Of a stretch of 37,059 nucleotides of DNA, positions 1 to 10,264 are shown piece by piece. Within the stretch, counting starts at the first letter, position 1. Each line of letters starts with the position of its first letter. Source of the stretch: a virus (Duplodnaviria > Heunggongvirae > Uroviricota > Caudoviricetes); the IMG/VR virus record IMGVR_UViG_2657245588_000006; one strand, given 5' to 3'. The notes beneath the pieces were generated by a model, which saw only the letters and a list, made by a program, of their open reading frames with translations, was not told the origin of the DNA and did no database searches. A program made the translations under genes and the position numbers.

Positions 1-494
1 GGCCAGATACTGCGAGGTGGTTTTGCCCTTAATGGTGATGTCTTTTTCCGTCACCCAGCCACCATTACGCTGGATCTGAACCAGCAGGCGGACTTCCGAC
101 GGATTCCGGTCCCCCTTTGAGGTGGTTTCCACCAGTGCCTGCACGCCGAAGGTAAAGCGCAGACGGTCGATGTTTGCAGACGTAATGGTGCGGGTGATCG
201 GCGTGTCATATTTCACTTCCGTACCCAGCACCGTCTCGGAGCCGGAGGATTCAAACCCCTCCGGCGGTGTCTGCTCCTGCTCACCGGCACGGAACACCAC
301 CGTGACACCGGAGATGTTGGTATTCCCCTCAGTGTCCAGCACCGGCGTACTGTTCAGCAGCACGCTTTTTAATCCATCCACCGGACCTTCAACCGGCCCT
401 TCGCTGATGGCATCGATCACACTCAGCAGCTGCGTGGACTTCAGGTTGTCCTTCGCTTCGCGCGGGGTATGCCCCTTACTGCTGCCTTTACCCA
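1..494 (-). CDS. J: Tail tip / host-specificity protein J, N-terminal part (gene continues past window start)
   Basis: Minus-strand ATG at 494..492; my translation MGKGSSKGHTPREAKDNLKSTQLLSVIDAISEGP... stays open to position 1 and matches the remembered start of lambda gpJ. Absent from the ORF track because no stop lies inside the window. Confidence 0.85.
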
Positions 495-555
495 TTCCTC
501 ACGCTCCATAAATGACAAAACCGCCCGCAGGCGGTTTCACATAAAACATTTTGCA

Positions 556-1227
556 TCAGCGACCAATCACCACAACCTGACCACCGTCCCCTTCGTCTGC
601 CGTGCTGATCTCCTGAGAAACCACGCGAGACCCCACGCGCATTTCCCCGTACAGAACAGGCAGAACATTGCCCTGGGCAACCATGTTATCCAGTGAGGAG
701 AAATAGGTGTTCTGCTTACCGTTATCCGTTGTCTGTGTACGGGGAGTTCTGGCTTTCGGTGCCAGCATCTGCGCCACACCACCGAGCACCATACTGGCAC
801 CGAGAGAAAACAGGATGCCGGTCATACCACCGGTCCCAATGGCTGCCCCCCATGCTGCAAGGGTGGCTCCGGCGGTAAAGAATGATCCGGCAATGGCGGC
901 AGCCCCCAGGACAATCTGGAATACGCCACCTGACTTGGCCCCGGCGACTCTGGGAACAATATGAATCACAGCGCCATCAGGCAGAGTCTCATGTAACTGC
1001 GCCGTTAACCCGGACGTGCTGACGTCCCGCCCGGCAATCCGTACCTGATACCAGCCGTCGCTCAGTTTCTGACGAAACGCCGGGAGCTGTGTGGCCAGTG
1101 CCCGGATGGCTTCAGCCCCCGTTTTCACACGAAGGTCGATGCGGCGACCAAATCGTTGTAAATCCCCGTAAAGGCAGATGCGCGCCATGCCCGGTGACGC
1201 CAGAGGGAGTGTGTGCGTCGCTGCCAT
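556..1227 (-). CDS. I: Tail tip assembly protein I
   Basis: 223-aa ORF, same length as lambda gpI, positioned between K and J as in lambda. Confidence 0.9.
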   Translation of the reverse strand: MAATHTLPLASPGMARICLYGDLQRFGRRIDLRVKTGAEAIRALATQLPAFRQKLSDGWYQVRIAGRDVSTSGLTAQLHETLPDGAVIHIVPRVAGAKSGGVFQIVLGAAAIAGSFFTAGATLAAWGAAIGTGGMTGILFSLGASMVLGGVAQMLAPKARTPRTQTTDNGKQNTYFSSLDNMVAQGNVLPVLYGEMRVGSRVVSQEISTADEGDGGQVVVIGR

Positions 1228-1868
1228 TTGTCGGTGTACCTCTCTCGTTTGCTCAGTTGTTCAGGAATATGGTGCAGCAGCTCGCCGTCGCCGCAGTAAA
1301 TTGCGGCGTGATTCGGCACTGATGAACCAAAACAGCACAGCAGCACATCGCCCGGCTGTGCCGCTGACAACGGCACCTGATACAGCCCCGTCGCCTCCAG
1401 ATTATCCAGATAGAGATTCTGGCCGTTACGCCACCAGTCATCCTCACGATAAAAGTCCGGCATCTCAATCCCCGCCAGATGATAAGCATCCCGGAACAGT
1501 GTGTAACAGTCCGTCACACCGTGCTCAAAGCGCCGCCCGGTGAGATGCGGCACACAGCGGAACTTATGAATCGTCCCCCGGCAGACCAGCCACCACGGCA
1601 AATCACTCTGCACCTGCAGCCGCCGGTCGGCCTCACTCAGCCAGGGCAGACCACCGGGGTGGCTGTGGACCAGCGCCACAATCTCACCCTGCATTTCTGC
1701 CTGCAGCCAGTCTTCCGGCGACATACGGAAATACGCCTCCGGCTCACCGGAGATATTCACGCAGGGAAAATATCTTTCCCCCTCCGGCGTGCTTACCACG
1801 AAGCCGCACGACTCCGCTGGCGCACATCGCCGGGCGTGCGCCAGAATCGCTGATTCTGTCTGTGTCAT
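1125..1868 (-). CDS. K: Tail tip assembly protein K (JAB/MPN + NlpC/P60); lambda annotation uses an internal start giving 199 aa (would be 1125..1724)
   Basis: 247-aa ORF; JAMM-like motif HSHPGGLPWLSEAD; the long form starts 5 nt after the L stop; residues from M49 equal the 199-aa lambda K. Confidence 0.85.
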   Translation of the reverse strand: MTQTESAILAHARRCAPAESCGFVVSTPEGERYFPCVNISGEPEAYFRMSPEDWLQAEMQGEIVALVHSHPGGLPWLSEADRRLQVQSDLPWWLVCRGTIHKFRCVPHLTGRRFEHGVTDCYTLFRDAYHLAGIEMPDFYREDDWWRNGQNLYLDNLEATGLYQVPLSAAQPGDVLLCCFGSSVPNHAAIYCGDGELLHHIPEQLSKRERYTDKWQRRTHSLWRHRAWRASAFTGIYNDLVAASTFV

Positions 1869-1873
1869 GGGAT

Positions 1874-2572
1874 TTACTGCGAAAGTTTGTTAATGGAAAG
1901 GAAGCCGCCAAAGTTGCCGACGTTATTGCGAAACTTACAGCCACTCAGGCATTTGCTGCATTTATCCTTCGTGATATCGGACGTTGGCTGGTCATATTCA
2001 TCCGCGACCGCCGGACCGTGATAACCGCACTCATCGCCGCGATAGGTCCAGGTGCAGGTGTTGGCCAGCATGATACGTCCCGGAAAAACAGCGCCATCTG
2101 TTTCCGTCGGCGTGGACAGTACAAAGGAGGCACTCACCGCGCTCAGTTCGCTGCACTGCTCGATGCGCCAGCGGCTGATCACCTCCTGCTCCGGATCGGC
2201 GTCACTGTTTCCGTTGACGAAGTTCACCGCATCCAGAAAACGGGCGTAAACCTTACGCCGGACCACCGTTCCGCCGACCAGACTCTGCAGATCTTCCGCC
2301 ATCCCGGTGACCATACCGTACAGGTTAGAAACCGTCAGCGTGGGGCGCGTACTGGTGCCTTTGCCATTCAGTTCAAAACCACTCCCCTGAATGGGATACG
2401 GCTGATACTGTCGCCCCTGCCAGGTGACCGGCTCACCTTTTTCGTTCTGCTCATTACAGAAAAAATAACGTTCTCCACCGACCTCTGTCAGGTCGATTTC
2501 CCAGAGCACCACGCTGGCCGACTGCTCCGCACGGGTGCATTCATTCAGTGTTTCCTGCCGGATATCCTGCAT
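1874..2572 (-). CDS. L: Minor tail protein L
   Basis: 232-aa ORF, length and sequence as remembered for lambda gpL; abuts M. Confidence 0.9.
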   Translation of the reverse strand: MQDIRQETLNECTRAEQSASVVLWEIDLTEVGGERYFFCNEQNEKGEPVTWQGRQYQPYPIQGSGFELNGKGTSTRPTLTVSNLYGMVTGMAEDLQSLVGGTVVRRKVYARFLDAVNFVNGNSDADPEQEVISRWRIEQCSELSAVSASFVLSTPTETDGAVFPGRIMLANTCTWTYRGDECGYHGPAVADEYDQPTSDITKDKCSKCLSGCKFRNNVGNFGGFLSINKLSQ

Positions 2573-2901
2573 CAGTTCACCACCTGTTCAAACTCTGCGC
2601 TGAACTCAACACGCAGCATACTGACCCGCGACGACCATTTTGCGCAGGTCACCTTTATCTGCCGCCACTCATAAGGCGGCGTCCACAGAAAGGCTTTCCA
2701 GCCCCCGTGCTCTTCCAGAAACGACTCCAGTACCGTGGCCTCCTCACGGGGGACAGAAAGCGTCACGCTGTACGTTTTCAGGTTGGCATTCAGCCCGGCA
2801 GGCGCTCGCTGGGAATAGCCATCACCAAAGCGCACCTTTCTTACAGAAGGGACCGAAGCCACATCCATACCGGGTTTCACTTTCCAGCGGAAGGTCTTCA
2901 T
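2572..2901 (-). CDS. M: Minor tail protein M
   Basis: 109-aa ORF starting MKTFRWKVKPGMDV..., lambda gpM length; overlaps the H stop. Confidence 0.9.
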   Translation of the reverse strand: MKTFRWKVKPGMDVASVPSVRKVRFGDGYSQRAPAGLNANLKTYSVTLSVPREEATVLESFLEEHGGWKAFLWTPPYEWRQIKVTCAKWSSRVSMLRVEFSAEFEQVVN

Positions 2902-5459
2902 CGTCCACCTCCGGAGAACAGGCCACCATCACGCATCTGTGTCTGAATTTCATCACGGGCACCCTTGCGGGCCATGTCATACACCGCCTTCAGAGCAGCC
3001 GGACCTATCTGCCCGTTCGTGCCGTCGTTGTTAATCACCACATGGTTATTCTGCTCAAACGTCCCGGACGCCTGCGACCGGCTGTCTGCCATGCTGCCCG
3101 GTGTACCGACATAACCGCCGGTGGCATAGCCGCGCATCAGCCGGTAAAGATTCCCCACGCCAATCCGGCTGGTTGCCTCCTTCGTGAAGACAAATTCACC
3201 ACGGTGAACAATCCCCGCTGGCTCATATTTGCCGCCGGTTCCCGTAAATCCTCCGGTTGCAAAATGGAATTTCGCCGCAGCGGCCTGAATGGCTGTACCG
3301 CCTGACGCGGATGCGCCGCCACCAACAGCCCCGCCAATGGCGCTGCCGATACTCCCGACAATCCCCACCATTGCCTGCTTAAGCAGAATTTCTGTCATCA
3401 TGGACAGCACGGAACGGGTGAAGCTGCGCCAGTTCTGCTCACTGCCGGTCAGCATCGCCGCCATATTCTGTGCAATACCATCAAAGGTCTGCGTGGCTGC
3501 ACTTTTTACCTGCGACATACTGTCCGTGGCGCTCTCTTCCCACTCACTCCAGCCGGACTTCAGGCCTGCCATCCAGCTCCCGCGAAGCTGGTCTTCAGCC
3601 GCCCAGGTCTTTTTCTGCTCTGACATGACGTTATTCAGCGCCAGCGGATTATCGCCATACTGTTCCTTCAGGCGCTGTTCCGTGGCTTCCCGTTCTGCCT
3701 GCCGGTCAGTCAGCCCCCGGCTTTTCGCATCAATGGCGGCCCGTTTTGCCCGTTGCTGCTGTGCGAATTTATCCGCCTGCTGCGCCAGCGCGTTCAGGCG
3801 CTCCTGATACGTAACCTTGTCGCCAAGTGCAGCCAGCTGGCGTTTGTACTCCAGCGTCTCATCTTTATGCGCCAGCAGGGATTTCTCCTGTGCAGACAGC
3901 TGGCGACGTTGCGCCGCCTCCTCCAGTACCGCGAACTGACTCTCCGCCTTCCACAAATCCCGGCGCTGCTGGCTGATTTTCTCATTTGCTCCGGCATGCT
4001 TCTCCAGCGTCCGGAGTTCTGCCTGAAGCGTCAGCAGGGCAGCATGAGCACTGTCTTCCTGACGATCGCCCGCAGACACCTTCACGCCGGACTGTTTCGG
4101 CTTTTTCAGCGTCGCTTCATAATCCTTTTTCGCCGCCGCCATCAGCGTGTTGTAATCCGCCTGCAGGATTTTCCCGTCTTTCAGTGCCTTGTTCAGTTCT
4201 TCCTGACGGGCGGTATATTTCTCCAGCGGCGTCTGCAGGCGTTCATAAGCCTTCTGCGCCTCTTCGGTATATTTCAGCCGTGACGCTTCGGTATCGCTCT
4301 GCTGCTGCGCATTTTTGTCCTGTTGACTCTGCTGCTCAGCCTTCTTTCGGGCGGCTTCAAGCGCAAGACGGGCCTTTTCACGATCATCCCAGTAACGCGC
4401 CCGCGCTTCATCGTTAACAAAATAATCATCCTTGCGCAGATTCCAGATATCGTCCGCTTTCTTAAACGCGGCCTCTGCCTTAATCAGCATCTCCTGCGCG
4501 GTATCAGGACGACCAATATCCAGCACCGCATCCCACATGGATTTGAATGCCCGTGCTGTCCTGTCTGCCCAGGTTTCCAGCGTGCCCATGTTCTCTTTCA
4601 GGCGGCGGGTCTGGTCATCAAACCCTTTCGTTGCGGCCTCGTTCGCCGCCTGCAATGCCCCGGCTTCATCGCCGGAACGCTGCAACTGAGCAACATACGC
4701 AATCTGCTCCGCCGTCACGTTATGGAACTGGCGTGCCATCGCCGTCAGCCCCGACGTCGGGTCTGTGGTCAGCTTCCCGAAGGCTTCAGCGACCTTGTCC
4801 ACCTCCACGCCGGATGCAGAGGAGAAACGCGCCACACTCTGGCTGATGGACGCAATCTGAGCCTCACCGCTTACCCCCGCCTTAACCAGTGCGCTGAGTG
4901 ACTCGCTGGTCTGGTTAAACGTCAGCCCTGCCGCCTGCCCGGCTCTGGACAGGACCAGCATACGATCTGCCGTCAGTCCCGCCTGATTGCCGGAAAGGAC
5001 CAGCGTTTTGTTGAAATCGGACAGGGTTGAGTTGCCCTGATACCAGGCATACGCCAGCGCTCCGGTCGCCACCGCCAGCGAGGTAGCCCCCACCATCGGC
5101 AGGGTGATCGCACCGGCAAGCCCCCGGAACATGGGGATCATCCCGCCGAAGGAGTCCTTCACCTGACCCCCCTGTTGCAGCAGGATCAGCCACGGACTTT
5201 GCCCGCCTGCAAGCTGCGTGGCCACGTCGGTGAACTGTGCAGGCAGCATACGCATGGCGGCTTTATACTGCCCGACGGAAATCCCCGCTTTCTGTGCAGC
5301 CAGCGCCTGTCGGCTCAGCGACTGTTCAACGACTGCCGCTGTTTTTTTCGCATCAGTTTCCGTACCGGAAAAATGACGCCTGACTCTGGCCATCTGCTCG
5401 TCAAATCTGGCCGCATCCAGACTTAAATCAACGACCAGATCGCCTACCGGTTCAGCCAT
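2898..5459 (-). CDS. H: Tail tape measure protein H
   Basis: 853-aa ORF, identical in length to lambda gpH; coiled-coil rich with a Gly-rich C-terminal region. Confidence 0.92.
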   Translation of the reverse strand: MAEPVGDLVVDLSLDAARFDEQMARVRRHFSGTETDAKKTAAVVEQSLSRQALAAQKAGISVGQYKAAMRMLPAQFTDVATQLAGGQSPWLILLQQGGQVKDSFGGMIPMFRGLAGAITLPMVGATSLAVATGALAYAWYQGNSTLSDFNKTLVLSGNQAGLTADRMLVLSRAGQAAGLTFNQTSESLSALVKAGVSGEAQIASISQSVARFSSASGVEVDKVAEAFGKLTTDPTSGLTAMARQFHNVTAEQIAYVAQLQRSGDEAGALQAANEAATKGFDDQTRRLKENMGTLETWADRTARAFKSMWDAVLDIGRPDTAQEMLIKAEAAFKKADDIWNLRKDDYFVNDEARARYWDDREKARLALEAARKKAEQQSQQDKNAQQQSDTEASRLKYTEEAQKAYERLQTPLEKYTARQEELNKALKDGKILQADYNTLMAAAKKDYEATLKKPKQSGVKVSAGDRQEDSAHAALLTLQAELRTLEKHAGANEKISQQRRDLWKAESQFAVLEEAAQRRQLSAQEKSLLAHKDETLEYKRQLAALGDKVTYQERLNALAQQADKFAQQQRAKRAAIDAKSRGLTDRQAEREATEQRLKEQYGDNPLALNNVMSEQKKTWAAEDQLRGSWMAGLKSGWSEWEESATDSMSQVKSAATQTFDGIAQNMAAMLTGSEQNWRSFTRSVLSMMTEILLKQAMVGIVGSIGSAIGGAVGGGASASGGTAIQAAAAKFHFATGGFTGTGGKYEPAGIVHRGEFVFTKEATSRIGVGNLYRLMRGYATGGYVGTPGSMADSRSQASGTFEQNNHVVINNDGTNGQIGPAALKAVYDMARKGARDEIQTQMRDGGLFSGGGR

Positions 5460-6290
5460 ACCGGACTCCTCCTGCGATCCCTTCTGATACTGTCATCAGC
5501 ATTACGTCATCCTCCGTCATGTCCGCCACATCCGGGGAAGCGGGGATAACTTCATTCCCTTCCGGGCCAAAGCGGACGCCTCCGGCAAGCCCTGCCGCTT
5601 TCTGCATCAGCACATCATCTTCAGGCTCTTCGTCAGCCTCACGCCGGTTCAGCAGACTGAAATCCAGCGGATGCATATCCGGATCGCTGAAAAACAGGCT
5701 GAGCACGGTGTACGTCAGCCCGGAAAAGTGCATATCCAGCAGAACATCATGAAAATAATGGGTACTGTAAAAGCGGTGCCAGTCGGCATACTCCGTGGAT
5801 GACATCCCGGCAAGCATGGCACGCCAGTCGGGTCGCCCCATCTCTCGCGCCAGTTTCAGGGCAAAACTCAGCTCACCATCGAACACTTTCCCGCAGAAAC
5901 AGGCTCTGCAGGCCCGGCGTCCTCTGTCTGTTCAGGAGCATCATTCACCACAAACTCATACATACCGGACAGCCGGTACACCACGTTTTCAGCATGAGAA
6001 ATTGCCTCCGTGGGCCAGGTGGTAAGCACTTCCTGCTCAATCTGTTTAACGGCTTCATTCATGGAAGGCAGCTTTGTCTTCTTCGGATGGTTATGCCACA
6101 GGGACATCGCCACCAGAAACGCGCCGGTTCTGATGGCGTCTTCCACAGTAAACTTCCGGTTGCTGTCTGACTCCGCCTGTTCTGCCTGCCGTTTCATCAG
6201 GGCGAGATGCTCAATACGCTGCAGGGCTGACAGTTCAGAAAGCGTGACGGTCACACCGTTATGTTCAAATGATTCGGTTTTCAGGAACAT
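5452..6290 (-). CDS. G-T: Tail assembly chaperone G-T fusion made by programmed -1 ribosomal frameshift
   Basis: T-frame ORF 5452..5886 overlaps the 3' end of G; slippery heptamer GGGAAAG on the minus strand at 5886..5892 (plus strand reads ctttccc), the known lambda G-T shift site. Confidence 0.8.
5868..6290 (-). CDS. G: Tail assembly chaperone G
   Basis: 140-aa ORF immediately upstream of the T frame; lambda gpG length. Confidence 0.9.
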   Translation of the reverse strand: MFLKTESFEHNGVTVTLSELSALQRIEHLALMKRQAEQAESDSNRKFTVEDAIRTGAFLVAMSLWHNHPKKTKLPSMNEAVKQIEQEVLTTWPTEAISHAENVVYRLSGMYEFVVNDAPEQTEDAGPAEPVSAGKCSMVS

Positions 6291-6305
6291 CTCTGACTCC
6301 CCGGA

Positions 6306-7046
6306 TTAACTGGCGGTGACGGTGATTTCTGCAACCGCAGCAAACTCACCATTACCGGATACAACCGGAATGTTGACCTTGCCTGCAGCAACGCCGTTCA
6401 CGGTGATGGTCATACCACTGACCGACACGGTGGCTTTTGTTTTATCCGCAGACACCGCACGAAAGCTCTTGTCGGTTACGCCCTCCGGCTGGAAGGCCAC
6501 GGTCAGCGTGGTGCTCTGCCCTTTCACCACCGAGGTGCTGGCAGGCGTCACGGTCATGCCGGTTGCCGCTGTTACCGTGCTGCGATCTTCTGCCATCGAC
6601 GGACGTCCCACATTGGTGACTTTCACCGTGCGGGTGATCACTTCCTTCGCCGTCACCGCCTTACCGATACTGCTGACCCAGCCACGGAACACATCGACCG
6701 TGCCGTTCGGGAAGCGGATTTTATAGGCACGGGTATCGCCTTCATTAAACCACGCCAGCAGCGCCTGCTGCCCCTGCTCTCCGGGCATCCACGCCAGCGT
6801 GAAGCTGGTATCTCCGGCAGATTTCTGCCCCTGCCCGGTCGCAGTCCAGTCTGCATCTTCATCATCGAGATAGCTGTCGTCATAGGACTCAGCGGTCAGT
6901 TCGCCGGGCGTCAGGTCTTTAACTTTTGCCAGACGCGACCAGTCAACGTCTGAAAGCGGATTCGCATAAGGGTCACCGCTCCCCTTATAAACCCACAGGG
7001 TGGTCCCGGCACCTTTCACCGGCATTGTAGGATTTGGTACAGGCAT
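6306..7046 (-). CDS. V: Major tail tube protein V (with C-terminal Ig-like domain)
   Basis: Track ORF 6306..7076; internal ATG at 7046 preceded by GAGGA gives 246 aa starting [14 protein letters not shown], the lambda gpV length and start. Confidence 0.9.
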
Positions 7047-7053
7047 AGCGTCC

Positions 7054-7449
7054 TCACATTTCATAGGTAATGACATAAGTCAGATCGGCTGAACTCCACA
7101 GGCCCGCATCATCGTCGCGCCGGTAGTCATAGCCGCTGGCCACCATACTGGTGATCAAATCTGACAGTGCCGGGATATCGCTCATCACCGGATAAATCCG
7201 GGACTCCATCCACGCATCCAGCTCTGAATCCGGCACCTGAGCAGGCAGGAAAACTTCGATATGCAGCTCCGCCTGCCAGGTATCGCTGTCCAGCTCTTCG
7301 CCCGTGTATTCAGCGCCGGTGAGATAAACGGCAACTGCCGGAAAATCCGCCTCATCAAAAACAGCGGGGCGACCATCAAAAAACGTCGCCCCGGTGTCAT
7401 GCTTCTCCAGTGCATCCAGTACGGCTGCACGGAGTTCAGTATGTTTCAT
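7054..7449 (-). CDS. U: Tail terminator protein U
   Basis: 131-aa ORF, lambda gpU length and position. Confidence 0.9.
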
Positions 7450-8024
7450 CGCTTTATTACCATCCTCAGTTGATGCTGCAGCGCATAGCCCAGCTCTTTC
7501 GGAAGACGTTCACGCCGTATCCGCTCAATATTCTGTTTAAACGCCGTGGTCAGCGGCACCGCCATCGGGATTTTCACCACATCAATGGGGTAACGGTTTT
7601 TCCCGGCCACACGCTGCATGACATGCCACCGGCCATTTTTCAGTTGCTGAATAAACGCGCCGGGAATACGACGGTTACCCACCACAAGCACGCTGCCGCC
7701 ACCTTTCAGGGATGAACGCTGCCCCTTTTTACGACGCCTGCGGCGCGAAAGGACAACCCGCGCATTACCCAGCTTGATTACGGGCAAATCCCCCCGGTTA
7801 ACTTTGATTCTGGCCTGCGGATTTTTGACCGTGGCCCTTTTCAGCCTGGCCCTTTCCTTTACCAGTTTCCGGCGTACCTTTGTCTCACGGGCAACTTGTG
7901 ACGCCGACTGCGATATCGCGGATGAAGCAACGCGGTTAATGGCCATTGCGGCGGCACCAGGCACCGCCGTTTTGCTGATACGGCTGAGGTTTTCAACGGC
8001 CTGCTCAAGACCTTTTATGGCCAT
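7446..8024 (-). CDS. Z: Tail completion protein Z
   Basis: 192-aa ORF, lambda gpZ length; overlaps the U start. Confidence 0.9.
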   Translation of the reverse strand: MAIKGLEQAVENLSRISKTAVPGAAAMAINRVASSAISQSASQVARETKVRRKLVKERARLKRATVKNPQARIKVNRGDLPVIKLGNARVVLSRRRRRKKGQRSSLKGGGSVLVVGNRRIPGAFIQQLKNGRWHVMQRVAGKNRYPIDVVKIPMAVPLTTAFKQNIERIRRERLPKELGYALQHQLRMVIKR

Positions 8025-8035
8025 ACATCCCCCTT

Positions 8036-8389
8036 TCAGCGGCGACGGTTAACGGCAGGCGGTACGCCCCGTCCAAGCCAGAGATGACAACTTCCGCCAT
8101 CATCCGGCGAAACCCGATCTACCCAGAAATTTTCCTCACCGATGGTCAGCGTGTCTCCACGCCGCAGCTGCCGCACCTCATCAGTCCGGACAAACAGGGA
8201 CGGGCTGGAGCCTTCAACGCGCACGCCCTGTCCGGCATAGCTGATATTTTCAGGGTCATCAAAAACACCACGTATCACCGCACCTGACTGCTCACCGGAT
8301 GTCATGGTGGCTGACGTTCCCATGTACCCGCGTATCGTTTCATCGGCGCGGGCAATGGCAGCATCGAACAGGTTATCGAAATCAGCCAC
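8036..8389 (-). CDS. FII: Head-tail connector protein FII
   Basis: 117-aa ORF, lambda gpFII length and position. Confidence 0.9.
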   Translation of the reverse strand: MADFDNLFDAAIARADETIRGYMGTSATMTSGEQSGAVIRGVFDDPENISYAGQGVRVEGSSPSLFVRTDEVRQLRRGDTLTIGEENFWVDRVSPDDGGSCHLWLGRGVPPAVNRRR

Positions 8390-8400
8390 AGCGCCTCCCG

Positions 8401-8799
8401 TTATTGCATTCTGGCCAGGCCGCGCTCTGTCATTTCGGCTGCCACACCGGCAGAGACACGAAACGCCGTTCCCGGCAGCACAAATGCCACAGGTTCATCC
8501 CGCGTGGCGTGAAGTGCATCAGTATGCAGCTTCACCAGTGCCACGACCGTGACCAGTTCAGACGTATCCAGAATCACGGTATCCGGCTGCGCTGATCCCA
8601 CCTCATTTTCATGTCCGGTCAGCACATTTTCCCGGCTGAGAGGGGTGTCCTGACCGGCAGTTTCATCCGTGTCATCAAGCTCCTCTTCCAGCTCTGCCAC
8701 ACGGAGCGCCAGTTCTTCTTTCGTCCCCGTCAGGCTGACATCACGGTTCAGTTGTTCACCCAGCGAGCGGAGACGGGCAATCAGTTCATCTTTCGTCAT
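8401..8799 (-). CDS. FI: DNA packaging / head assembly protein FI
   Basis: Track ORF extends to 8838; ATG at 8799 preceded by GGAGGAG gives 132 aa starting MTKDELIARLRSLGEQL, as remembered for lambda gpFI. Confidence 0.88.
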   Translation of the reverse strand: MTKDELIARLRSLGEQLNRDVSLTGTKEELALRVAELEEELDDTDETAGQDTPLSRENVLTGHENEVGSAQPDTVILDTSELVTVVALVKLHTDALHATRDEPVAFVLPGTAFRVSAGVAAEMTERGLARMQ

Positions 8800-8840
8800 G
8801 GACTCCTCCACAGAGAAACAATGGCCCCGAAGGGCCATGA

Positions 8841-9866
8841 TTACGCCAGTTGTACGGACACGAACTCATCAGGGTCAGCCAGCAGCATCAGCGGTGCTGA
8901 CTGAATCATGGTGAACTCACGCGCCGGATCGCCGGTGGTCACCCAGTTTTTCGGGTAACGGGCAGAGGCGTTAATGCCTTCGCGCTGTGCGTCCGCATCC
9001 TGAATGCAGCCATAGGTGCGCAGACCGCGTGCCTGAGTGTTCCCCAGCACCATCGTGTTGTCCGGCAGGAAGTTCTTTTTGACGCCGTTTTCCACGTACT
9101 GTCCGGAATACACGACGATGGCCACATCGCCATACATCCCCTTATAGGACACCGCTTTGCCCAGGTCTTTCACCGCTGTCTCCAGCTCGGAATGAGAGCC
9201 ACGACGGGTATCCAGCTTCTCCTTGACGGCTTTGAAGGAACGGAACAGCGCCCAGCCTTTCGGATCGAACACGATGATATTCACCACACCGCTGGCGTTC
9301 AGCGCGTAGGCTTCGATATCGTCGGTCGGGTCATACGTGGACTTGTCACGCTTGCTCCACTCCGTGCCGCCGGACTGCGTGATGTTATTCTCCTCACTGC
9401 GGCCCATATCCACCTCAACCGGATCGAAGGCTTCACCGGTCATGGTGTATTTGCCCTTAAGCACGGCAGAAACTGCCTGCATCTCTTCGACCTGAGCAAT
9501 GGCCAGCTCTTCGTCACGCATGTTCTGCATGATGATGCGACGGCGGCGGTAAGCCGGGTCCGCCAGATTCTGCGGATCTTCATCCGGCAGGCGACGCAGG
9601 GTCATCTGCGGATTCACTTCATGCTTCGGCTTGACATATCCCGGCGTAAATTCAGAGGTGGAGCCGCCACGGGAACGGATAACCTCACCGGAAACAATCG
9701 GCGAAACGTACAGCGCCATGTTTACCAGTCCCGGAATTTGTGAGAGATAGACTTTCTCCGTGGTGAAGGGATAGCTCTCACGGAAAAAGAGACGCAGAAA
9801 CAGCGGATCAAACTTAAATTTCTGCTCATTTGCCGCCAGCAGTTGGGCGGTTGTGTACATCGACAT
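8841..9866 (-). CDS. E: Major capsid protein E
   Basis: 341-aa ORF starting MSMYTTAQLLAANEQKFKFDPLFLRLFF, lambda gpE length. Confidence 0.93.
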   Translation of the reverse strand: MSMYTTAQLLAANEQKFKFDPLFLRLFFRESYPFTTEKVYLSQIPGLVNMALYVSPIVSGEVIRSRGGSTSEFTPGYVKPKHEVNPQMTLRRLPDEDPQNLADPAYRRRRIIMQNMRDEELAIAQVEEMQAVSAVLKGKYTMTGEAFDPVEVDMGRSEENNITQSGGTEWSKRDKSTYDPTDDIEAYALNASGVVNIIVFDPKGWALFRSFKAVKEKLDTRRGSHSELETAVKDLGKAVSYKGMYGDVAIVVYSGQYVENGVKKNFLPDNTMVLGNTQARGLRTYGCIQDADAQREGINASARYPKNWVTTGDPAREFTMIQSAPLMLLADPDEFVSVQLA

Positions 9867-9922
9867 AAAAAAATCCCGTAAAAAAAAGCCGCACAGGCGG
9901 CCTTTAGTGATGAAGGGTAAAG

Positions 9923-10255
9923 TTAAACGATGCTGATTGCCGTTCCGGCAAACGCGGTCCGTTTTTTCGTCTCGTCGCTGGCAGCCTCCGGCCAGAGCAC
10001 ATCCTCATAACGGAACGTGCCGGACTTGTAGAACGTCAGCGTGGTGCTGGTCTGGTCAGCAGCAACCGCAAGAATGCCAACGGCAGCACCGTCGGTGGTG
10101 CCATCCCACGCAACCAGCTTACGGCTGGAGGTGTCCAGCATCAGCGGGGTCATTGCAGGCGCTTTCGCACTCAATCCGCCGGGCGCGGTTGCGGTATGAG
10201 CCGGGTCACTGTTGCCCAGCGGCTGGTAATGGGTAAAGGTTTCTTTGCTCGTCAT
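9923..10255 (-). CDS. D: Head decoration protein D
   Basis: Internal ATG gives 110 aa starting [22 protein letters not shown], lambda gpD. Confidence 0.92.
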   Translation of the reverse strand: MTSKETFTHYQPLGNSDPAHTATAPGGLSAKAPAMTPLMLDTSSRKLVAWDGTTDGAAVGILAVAADQTSTTLTFYKSGTFRYEDVLWPEAASDETKKRTAFAGTAISIV

Positions 10256-10264
10256 AAACATCCC

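Noticed and set aside
122-511. Plus-strand ORFs of 129 and 75 aa at the window start
   Set aside because: They lie antisense to the J coding region, whose minus-strand translation matches lambda gpJ; no RBS support.
1862-5426. Multiple long plus-strand ORFs (for example 1862..2674, 2640..3305, 3753..4283, 4323..4901)
   Set aside because: Antisense to the lambda-type L, M and H genes; GC-rich antisense frames are commonly open by chance, and the proteins are low-complexity.
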